Source of the DNA: a virus
IMG/VR virus record: IMGVR_UViG_3300044681_000369
Coordinates: 32,001 to 96,000 of that record
Length of the DNA stretch: 64,000 nt
Reading direction: 5' to 3' (one strand)
Every line of letters starts with the position of its first letter. Position 1 is the first letter of the stretch. Positions 9,269 to 16,525 of this stretch are shown one piece after another. Below the pieces are notes generated by a model, which made no database searches, was not told where the DNA came from, and saw only the letters and a list, made by a program, of their open reading frames with translations. The position numbers and the translations under genes were made by a program.

Positions 9269-9574
9269 TTAGTTTGTGAAAATTTGTTTCTTTGGGAGTA
9301 CAATACCTTTACCAAACTTGGTGTTGTACTCGTTTTTCATTCCTGTTTCGGGTTCGTAAACTGCAATAACAGCCCCAGCCATGACAGGCACAATTCTATC
9401 TTTAGCATGAGGACAGAAAGGTGCTAGTCCGATGCCAAACTCTTTTCCGGTACCATTTGGTACCATCATTACCAGTAGTGGGTCTTTGAGGACAATTAGC
9501 CCCTGGACGCTCTCATCAATTTCAGCAATGATATCTTCACCACTGATTAACTTAATACATTTGACATCGGACAT
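9269..9574 (-). CDS. Conserved T4-like hypothetical protein (small beta-barrel type)
   Basis: IKLISGEDIIAE...LKDP...YNTKFG.GIVLP pattern. Confidence 0.65.
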   Translation of the reverse strand: MSDVKCIKLISGEDIIAEIDESVQGLIVLKDPLLVMMVPNGTGKEFGIGLAPFCPHAKDRIVPVMAGAVIAVYEPETGMKNEYNTKFGKGIVLPKKQIFTN

Positions 9575-9591
9575 AGCGACTCCATTAAATA

Positions 9592-10065
9592 TTATTCAGA
9601 CAAGAATTCTTTGGTAGATTTCTTACCAATAGTAATTGTCTTGGGTTTCTTTTCTTCTGGAACAATTCTCTTCAGATTGATATGAAGAATACCATCTGTG
9701 AATTCTGCTCCCAGAACTTCAACATCATGGGCTAGTGCAAATGAATGCGTAAAGTTTCTAGCACCGATGCCACGGTGAATGTATTCACGATCTGATTCAC
9801 CACGATCTTGGATACCCTGCACCACCAGTTTGTTTCCTTCTGGAACAAGATTGATGTTGAATTCTTCTTCACGGAAACCAGCACATGCGATCTCAATGAG
9901 ATATTCTTCTTCACCAGTCTTTACGATGTTGTAGGGCGGATAGCTTGGGCTTTTGAGTTCTGACACATTATAAAAATTGTCAAAGACACGATCAAACCCA
10001 ACTGCGAATGGTTTTACCTGATCGAAAATTCCGGACAATTGTCCTGTTGTATACTTACGTACCAT
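9592..10065 (-). CDS. hsp20: Small heat-shock protein Hsp20 (IbpA-like)
   Basis: GFD, YPPYNI, IEIACAGF, YIHRGI..R.F..SF.L, DGIL.I.L, PEE.KP..I.I. Confidence 0.95.
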   Translation of the reverse strand: MVRKYTTGQLSGIFDQVKPFAVGFDRVFDNFYNVSELKSPSYPPYNIVKTGEEEYLIEIACAGFREEEFNINLVPEGNKLVVQGIQDRGESDREYIHRGIGARNFTHSFALAHDVEVLGAEFTDGILHINLKRIVPEEKKPKTITIGKKSTKEFLSE

Positions 10066-10125
10066 AATAGTCTCCTTAATAAAGCGAGTGTTAATAAAAA
10101 AGGTGCCACCCGAAGCATGGCACCC
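10066..10125 (-). promoter_or_regulatory. ROSE-like RNA thermometer / structured 5'UTR of hsp20
   Basis: CUC-G-CUU-UAUU-AAGGAG: UCGCU pairs with the SD with a bulged G; preceded by hairpin GGUGCCAU-G-C(UUCG)G-GUGGCACC and a U6 tract. Confidence 0.6.
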
Positions 10126-10127
10126 TT

Positions 10128-10158
10128 TATTTATACTAGATTTTTAGGAAAAAGTCAA
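10128..10158 (-). promoter_or_regulatory. Overlapping sigma70-type and late promoter for hsp20
   Basis: TTGACT-17 nt-TATAAA, where the -10 box is part of TATAAATA. Confidence 0.6.
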
Positions 10159-10160
10159 TA

Positions 10161-10904
10161 TTATTTTCTAATAATTTCCCATGTTCCATCATAATTTTCT
10201 ACCAATGCAGTGCAACTTTCGCACCAGTCACCATCATTCATGTAAACAATATCATCATAATGAGTTATTTCTGCATGATGAATATGCCCACAGATAACGC
10301 CATCATAACCCTTGCGCTTACAGTAGTATGCCATCTCTTGTTCGAATGCACCAATATAATTGGCAGCAAGTTTTGCCTTTCGTTTCAAGTATTTTGACAA
10401 ACTCCATGGTTGCATTCCAACGGTTTTTCTAAAATCATTAACAAGTTTGTTAAGATAGATTAATGTGTCATATGCAAAGTCGCCCATATGCATAATGAAT
10501 CTACCTGTTTTGGTTCGCATCAAATTGTCAAACAGGTCGCCATGTATGACTAAGTATCGTTTACCGTCTATGCCAGTGTGAACATACCTATGTTCTACTT
10601 GGATTTTACCAATTGTTATATCCGGAAACGATCTAAAAATTTCATCATGATTGCCAGTAACATATACCACTTCTGTTTTTTCAGAAAGTTTTAGTATTTT
10701 TCTGACAATTTGATTGTGTTTCTTTGGCCAATACCATTTCTTTTTTAGGCGCCAACCATCAATAATATCCCCGACGAGATATAGTTTTTGTGTCTGTATA
10801 TTTGAGAGAAAATCTAAGAGAGCATCAGAATTACAATGCTTAGAACCAAGATGCAAATCTGATATGAAAACAGATTTATATTTGTTACCAGTATTTTTTG
10901 GCAT
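10161..10904 (-). CDS. Calcineurin-like metallophosphoesterase, PlcP/LpxH2 family
   Basis: ISDLHLG, GDIIDGW, GNHD, HGD, CGHIHHA, NDGDW.ESCTALVE. Confidence 0.85.
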   Translation of the reverse strand: MPKNTGNKYKSVFISDLHLGSKHCNSDALLDFLSNIQTQKLYLVGDIIDGWRLKKKWYWPKKHNQIVRKILKLSEKTEVVYVTGNHDEIFRSFPDITIGKIQVEHRYVHTGIDGKRYLVIHGDLFDNLMRTKTGRFIMHMGDFAYDTLIYLNKLVNDFRKTVGMQPWSLSKYLKRKAKLAANYIGAFEQEMAYYCKRKGYDGVICGHIHHAEITHYDDIVYMNDGDWCESCTALVENYDGTWEIIRK

Positions 10905-11589
10905 CTATTTTCTTCCAGTGTTCTTCGTTGTCTCTATTCAGGAAGTTCTTAATCAAATACCAAGTCATACCGAGATAACCCATCTTCTTAAATCTACGAC
11001 TGTCTTGGCCAAAGTAGTGATCAGCGATCATAAACTTACTAGGCTTATACTTCTTAGACAGAAAGAAGTCTTCGGATGTGGCATACTTCTCAGGAAACCC
11101 GCCAAGCGAATTAAACCTATCTGTTCTAGTAAGCATATATGCACCGACCGCAAAAGGACACCAACGAGATAGGATCTTATTAATAAAGTTAAAGATCATG
11201 AATGCTATAGAGGTTCTCAATGAACCATCATAACATTTAATTTTTAAGCCAATGAGATCCAGATTTTTGTTTTCAAGTAAATTTACTGTATCTTTGATAA
11301 CAGTCGAACTGAAGAATCTAACATCAGCATCTATAAAAAGAATATATGGAGTTGTTACTAACTTAGCACCATTATTTTTAGCAGTTGAAACTGGACCACC
11401 ATCAATAACAGTAATATTTAATCCCTGAGAGTTATTCTTGATTACTTCTCTGGTCGAATCAGTTGAGGCATCAGCAATGTATATTGTAACACCGCCGATG
11501 CCTTCTTGAGTTTTTAAATTATTTAATAAATGTGCAATATACTTTTCTTCGTTCTTACATGGAACGACAATGGAAAGTTTTTCAAACAT
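10885..11589 (-). CDS. Glycosyltransferase family 2
   Basis: SIVVPCKNEE, DASTDST, KNNGA, FIDAD, GGF..SED, SRRF. Confidence 0.9.
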   Translation of the reverse strand: MFEKLSIVVPCKNEEKYIAHLLNNLKTQEGIGGVTIYIADASTDSTREVIKNNSQGLNITVIDGGPVSTAKNNGAKLVTTPYILFIDADVRFFSSTVIKDTVNLLENKNLDLIGLKIKCYDGSLRTSIAFMIFNFINKILSRWCPFAVGAYMLTRTDRFNSLGGFPEKYATSEDFFLSKKYKPSKFMIADHYFGQDSRRFKKMGYLGMTWYLIKNFLNRDNEEHWKKIDAKKYW

Positions 11590-11598
11590 ATAAATTAA

Positions 11599-12015
11599 TT
11601 ACTTTTTGCGACCAATGTTATATTTCTGAACCAGCTCCCATTGATCTTTTTCTTTATAGGCAATGATCTTAATTTGATTCATAGGTGCCTTATCTTGATG
11701 GAGTTCTGGCTTTAGTATCTTGACTAGTCCCCAATCCGCAAGTAATCCGGCTACCGCATTCCTGCGCTGTAAGTCATTCTCACTAAAGTCAGCCGCTTTG
11801 CCATCTAGTGCAAAGAGTTCCTTAAAGTGAGTAATGAAGTATCTGCCTTGTTTATGCAGGATGTGACAAGATTGATATAAAATCTTATCTTTTCTGGAGG
11901 CAACACCGATTCGAGATAGTGTCTCACGAACTTTTAAAAAATCGTCAGGATTAGTTAATGTGACTTCCAGTGGTGCATATCCAGGGTATCCAATGTCAAA
12001 AAAATCTTCACTCAT
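11599..12015 (-). CDS. regA: RegA translational repressor
   Basis: DFLKVRETLSRIGVAS, LYQSCHILHKQGRY..HFKELF. Confidence 0.96.
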   Translation of the reverse strand: MSEDFFDIGYPGYAPLEVTLTNPDDFLKVRETLSRIGVASRKDKILYQSCHILHKQGRYFITHFKELFALDGKAADFSENDLQRRNAVAGLLADWGLVKILKPELHQDKAPMNQIKIIAYKEKDQWELVQKYNIGRKK

Positions 12016-12467
12016 TTTTTACCACCTTTATACAATTTCTCTTTTATATAATGTTTTTGTTGTTCTGTGAGAATTGTTAGAGCTTGGCGTGCCTTTTCAT
12101 TGCTATAGCCATAATACTCCTTAACCATCTCAAGTTCGGCATCGTCTACGATTTTGATCCATTTATCAAATCGCTTTCTAGACCTAATTGTATTTATAAG
12201 GAACGCATTTTGCATGGCGTTTGGCAAGTGTGAGCGACAATTCATGGCATTGGCTTGATGAATTGTTTCTTGGTTGAAACTTAAACCTCTATTGATGATC
12301 CAGGGATTATATTGCTTTTCCGACCACTCATCGACAATAAGGTTCTTCTTACCAGAATTGATATCATTGATGAAGTCAAACGGGGAGATTCCCTTCTTCT
12401 TTTCCTTGAAGTCTTCTTCCGAGTACTGGACTTTTGGTGCACCCAAGCCTTCTAGAATGCCGTCCAT
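12012..12467 (-). CDS. gp62: Clamp loader small subunit (gp62)
   Basis: YNPWIINRGLS, VKEYYGYSNEKA; lies between gp44 and regA. Confidence 0.9.
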   Translation of the reverse strand: MDGILEGLGAPKVQYSEEDFKEKKKGISPFDFINDINSGKKNLIVDEWSEKQYNPWIINRGLSFNQETIHQANAMNCRSHLPNAMQNAFLINTIRSRKRFDKWIKIVDDAELEMVKEYYGYSNEKARQALTILTEQQKHYIKEKLYKGGKK

Positions 12468-13399
12468 TATTTCCACTCCGATGAAGCCATAATCTCTGCG
12501 AGACAGGCTACAAGGTTGATCTCCTGGTTTGCGGCAAAGGCAGACTTATACTGATAGTCAGCAAGTAGTACAATCAGTGCGGCAGGGAACTTAACTTCAT
12601 CGACAACAACATCATAAATCTTACGGAAGATCATGCCAGCGTCATTGTCCATATTGTCTACAACCCATTGACGGACTTTCTTGAAGTCTTTGGCTTTAAG
12701 GGCTGTGGTCAGTTCTTTCATGTTGACCTCTTGGACATTTACCAAGATGCCCTGGTCAATAGTGCCGCTTACGCTGTATCGCTGTAGTTCATTGAGAACC
12801 CGGCGATAATCTGGGAAGTGCTTCTTGAGGACTTCGGCTACAACCTTTTCATCGTACTTAACATTTTCGGCAGTAAGAATATCGGCAAGCCGCTTCATAA
12901 AGCGACCAGCCATCTTTGGGCGATCGGCTTTAGAAATCTTAAATTCGATTACTGAGGTCCGACTGTGAAGCGGAGTGATGATTCGGTTCTTGAAGTTACA
13001 AGTAAAAATGAATCGGCAGTTGTTGGAAAACTCCTCGATAAAAGCCCTGAGTGCGGGCTGTGTCGAGTTGGGATTGAGATAATCCGCTTCGTCTAGAATG
13101 ACAACCTTGGTCTTTCCGGAAAAGGAAACACTTGAGGCAAAGTCACGAATTTTGGTTCGCAACACATCAATACCAGACTCTTCGGATCCGTTGATGATGA
13201 TATAGTCACAACCGAGTTCCTCACAAATGGCTCTAGCGATGGTAGTCTTACCAACACCTGCCGATCCACAAAGTAGCATGTTTGGAATTTCACCAGATGC
13301 TACAAACTGGTTAAAGGTTTCTAGTTGATCCTCGGGAAGGATACAGTCAGAAAGTTTGTGTGGGCGATACTTTTCTACCCACAGGAATTGTTCACGCAT
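12467..13399 (-). CDS. gp44: Clamp loader large subunit (gp44)
   Basis: LWVEKYRP, GSAGVGKTT, LDEAD, SR. Confidence 0.96.
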   Translation of the reverse strand: MREQFLWVEKYRPHKLSDCILPEDQLETFNQFVASGEIPNMLLCGSAGVGKTTIARAICEELGCDYIIINGSEESGIDVLRTKIRDFASSVSFSGKTKVVILDEADYLNPNSTQPALRAFIEEFSNNCRFIFTCNFKNRIITPLHSRTSVIEFKISKADRPKMAGRFMKRLADILTAENVKYDEKVVAEVLKKHFPDYRRVLNELQRYSVSGTIDQGILVNVQEVNMKELTTALKAKDFKKVRQWVVDNMDNDAGMIFRKIYDVVVDEVKFPAALIVLLADYQYKSAFAANQEINLVACLAEIMASSEWK

Positions 13400-13484
13400 G
13401 AAATATCTCCATAATAAAGTAAAGTGCCCGTCACGATGTTAGTGCATCCACGGACTCTGGCTTAGAGGACCAGCATTCAATATA

Positions 13485-14027
13485 TCAGTTGTTACGCAAC
13501 CAGTCAAGAATATTTTCCGGTGAAGTTTCTCCATACGGATCAAGTTCACAGTTATCTTCAATACCCGGCTCAATGAACCACTTCTCAATAAGACCGTTGT
13601 TCACAACACAGGCATATCGCCAAGAACGCATACCAAAACCAAGATTGTCCTTAGCTACAAGCATGTTCATCTGATCGGTAAATTCACCAGACCCGTCTGG
13701 AATAACCTTTACCTTCTTGATCTTCTGAGACTTAGCCCAAGCATTCATAACAAAGGCATCATTTACTGAAGTGCAATAGATGTCTTTAATACCAAGAGCC
13801 TTAAATTCTGGGAACAGCTTTTCGAACCCAGGAAGCTGGTATGTCGAACAAGTTGGCGTGAATGCGCCAGGAAGAGAGAAGAGAACTACCCGCTTGCCAG
13901 CAAAGTAGTCATACGTTGACTTATTTTCCCAGCGGAAAGGATTAGGTCCTTCAATGGAAGTATCACGAACCCGAGTCTTGAATACCACAGCGGGGACAAT
14001 TGATGGAAGTTCCGTCTTGTATGTCAT
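13485..14027 (-). CDS. Peroxiredoxin (Prx5/redoxin type)
   Basis: LPGAFTPTCS, SVNDAFVMNAW, DGSGEFT, RSWRY. Confidence 0.92.
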   Translation of the reverse strand: MTYKTELPSIVPAVVFKTRVRDTSIEGPNPFRWENKSTYDYFAGKRVVLFSLPGAFTPTCSTYQLPGFEKLFPEFKALGIKDIYCTSVNDAFVMNAWAKSQKIKKVKVIPDGSGEFTDQMNMLVAKDNLGFGMRSWRYACVVNNGLIEKWFIEPGIEDNCELDPYGETSPENILDWLRNN

Positions 14028-14037
14028 ATGTCTTTCC

Positions 14038-14697
14038 TTAGATTGACGATGAGGGATCCATTGCCAGATAATAGGTCAGTGATCGACCCTTACTGACAAA
14101 AGACATGGCACGTTTACTACCAAGAGTAACAGTGTAGTTATCAGGAATAACCTTTAGGTTTTCCGTCTTCAGTCGGCAATCAAAGACTGGCGCGGCAGTA
14201 TTTGAGATAGTCTTGGTAAATGAGTTAGACGATAGATTGGTAGGATCACCAACACGCAACTCTACAGTATTGCCGTCAGATACAATACTGATCATCGGCG
14301 CACCAGTAATAGATGCGGCACGGAAAATCATATTGACAGTATCGGTAGTCATTTCGAATGACCAAACTGGGTCAATCTCAAGATCCTTATCCGGAGCGGC
14401 AGTTACAGTACCAGGGTCTGAATAGAAGTATTCAAACTTTGATCCATCTTTGGTAACTCGGATCGACTTTTCGCCGAACGTTACATCTTGGTCTTCCATC
14501 AGGGTCAGTAGACCCAAGAAGGAATTGAGATCATAGATCGCAAACTCTTTTGGGAAAGATTCCGAAACTGTGGCTCGGGCAAAGATGTTCTTACCAGGGC
14601 TTACCGTAGCAAGAGTCGAACCTTCACGGAACAAAATGTTTGTGTTAATGCCAGCATAATTTTTTAGCAGGCTCAAAGTTTCATTTGAAATTTTCAT
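14038..14697 (-). CDS. gp45: Sliding clamp (gp45)
   Basis: MKIS.ETL.LLKNYA.IN.NI, FAIYDLN.FL, ENLK.IP..Y.V. Confidence 0.93.
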   Translation of the reverse strand: MKISNETLSLLKNYAGINTNILFREGSTLATVSPGKNIFARATVSESFPKEFAIYDLNSFLGLLTLMEDQDVTFGEKSIRVTKDGSKFEYFYSDPGTVTAAPDKDLEIDPVWSFEMTTDTVNMIFRAASITGAPMISIVSDGNTVELRVGDPTNLSSNSFTKTISNTAAPVFDCRLKTENLKVIPDNYTVTLGSKRAMSFVSKGRSLTYYLAMDPSSSI

Positions 14698-15182
14698 TAC
14701 GAATTTTTCTCCTTGGTTGTATCTGAAATTGAAAGATTCATATTATCATACAAACCGGAATCTGTCAAGTCAAATGTGGAAAAATAATTATTACCAGACA
14801 GGGTAATGGATTCAGACACGGGAATATCTACAGTCTGGCTTGCTGCCGGGAAGGTCAGAGTAGTACCAGCCATAAGGTCATCATATTCATCCAGAATATC
14901 TCGGATCACAGGATGTTCTTTATCGTGAACATACAGGGCAATCAAGGCATAGTGTAGAACCTTCATTAGATCCTTGCGGTTATAACCATCTTTATTGCCG
15001 TATCGTTGGGCATACTTCATGATGTTGCCAATACAGAAGCCCTCACCATGACCACCATCAATAATAAATTCGGTGGCTTGAAACTTATTCCTAGAATAAT
15101 GTGCGGAATAAGTAGAGTCTACATACTCCCGCAGTTCCGAAATCAAAGCATCTTCATTAAACTTATAATCGATCAACTTCAT
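14697..15182 (-). CDS. DUF3310-like protein
   Basis: HY..., GEGFCIGNIMKYAQRYGNK, DLMK.LHY. Confidence 0.7.
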   Translation of the reverse strand: MKLIDYKFNEDALISELREYVDSTYSAHYSRNKFQATEFIIDGGHGEGFCIGNIMKYAQRYGNKDGYNRKDLMKVLHYALIALYVHDKEHPVIRDILDEYDDLMAGTTLTFPAASQTVDIPVSESITLSGNNYFSTFDLTDSGLYDNMNLSISDTTKEKNS

Positions 15183-15194
15183 TTTAGTATCTCC

Positions 15195-16400
15195 TTAAAA
15201 AGGCACCTCGTCAGTGGATGCAGGTTCGTTTTCACCCACCGGTTCAGCGGTGTCACTATTAATTGCCTTCGCATCAACCTTGGTGTAAAGATCAAGGAAG
15301 GCAGCCTTGGTATCCGAATCAAAACGGTTCACACACAACTCAACTGCACGGGCACGATTGCCAAACATGGCGAAAGCATTGACAATGTGTTCCAGACGGC
15401 GGGTAGAAATCAGGTCGTCAATACCACCATCGTAGAAAGTCTTACGGATGATTTCAGCCCAGGTGACCAGGTTGTCGGCAAACTCCTCGTCAACCGCACC
15501 AGCCTTTTCCATCTTATTCAGAACAATCTTCTTTTCGACGGCAGCGGAAGGATATTCCTGCTCGACAGTGATAGCGAAACGTTCGAGGAAGGCGTCATCC
15601 AGGATCTGGGCCGAGATGAACTTACCATCATCAGAACCACGACCCTTAGTGTTGGCCGTAGCAATCACATTGAAGCCCGGCGCAGGGTAGACAGTCTCGC
15701 CAGTCTTCTTATTGAAGTAGGGCTTGCCTTCGAGGATTGCCTGGAGGCACATCATCTTATTCGAGCCGCGGTCAATTTCATCCAGAATGAGGATCGCACC
15801 GCGCTTCATGGCAGTGAGAACGGGACCTTCGCGGTACACCACGTTACCATCGATCAGGGTGTTGCCACCGATCAGGTCGTCTTCATCCGTCTCAACTGAG
15901 ATATTGACACGCAAGGCTTCACGCTTTAGGGCCGCGCAAACCTGCTCGACCATGGTGGTCTTGCCGTTACCAGACAGACCAGAGATAAAGGTGGGGTAGA
16001 AGACCTTAGCCTTGATTACCTTGGTCAGGTCCTTGTAGAACCCAAACGGCACAAAGGTCGGATCCTTGAAGGGCACCAGATTGTCTACTGTCACTTCCAT
16101 CTTGGCTTGAGTAAGTACCTTAGCTGGTTCTGCCGCTACTGGACGCGGCTTGGAAACAATCTCGGTAACTGGCGCGGGCTTACTGATAGAAACCACATTG
16201 GCGGCAACCGAAGAACTGTTACCAAGAAAACCATTGAGGTCGTAAACGCCGCGAGAAACGTTATTGTCCTTATTCAACAGCCACTCCAGCTTTTCAATAC
16301 CCATCGGGTGAGCGATGGCAAAAACGTCCTTCTTGCGGAAGAGACCGTTGTTGGTATTGGCCGAACGGAGGGCTTCAATCAAACTATCATTAATATTCAT
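15195..16400 (-). CDS. MoxR-type AAA+ ATPase (CobS/CbbQ-like)
   Basis: GLSGNGKT, LILDEID, ATANTKG.G, AFLERF, ISTRRL. Confidence 0.9.
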   Translation of the reverse strand: MNINDSLIEALRSANTNNGLFRKKDVFAIAHPMGIEKLEWLLNKDNNVSRGVYDLNGFLGNSSSVAANVVSISKPAPVTEIVSKPRPVAAEPAKVLTQAKMEVTVDNLVPFKDPTFVPFGFYKDLTKVIKAKVFYPTFISGLSGNGKTTMVEQVCAALKREALRVNISVETDEDDLIGGNTLIDGNVVYREGPVLTAMKRGAILILDEIDRGSNKMMCLQAILEGKPYFNKKTGETVYPAPGFNVIATANTKGRGSDDGKFISAQILDDAFLERFAITVEQEYPSAAVEKKIVLNKMEKAGAVDEEFADNLVTWAEIIRKTFYDGGIDDLISTRRLEHIVNAFAMFGNRARAVELCVNRFDSDTKAAFLDLYTKVDAKAINSDTAEPVGENEPASTDEVPF

Positions 16401-16444
16401 ATCTCAATCACCTTTTGCATAATAAATCATCAATCAACATGTAT

Positions 16445-16525
16445 ATAATACGAAATCCTGGGGTAAAAGTCAACACATTTTTTAAAGAAAGTGATAACTT
16501 TTACCCTATGGATATCAATAACTTA
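16445..16525 (-). promoter_or_regulatory. Early promoter with upstream IHF-consensus site
   Basis: TTGACT-17-TATTAT (16445-16473); WATCAAN4TTR = TATCAATAACTTA at 16513-16525. Confidence 0.65.

Noticed and set aside
10161-11600. Pho box controlling the PlcP-like pair
   Set aside because: Only 9 nt separate regA from the GT2 start, and no tandem Pho-box repeat was recognised
12191-12198. TATAAATA inside gp62 (also at 32663 and 46310) as late promoters
   Set aside because: Plausible but intragenic in AT-rich DNA with less supporting context, so not listed as features
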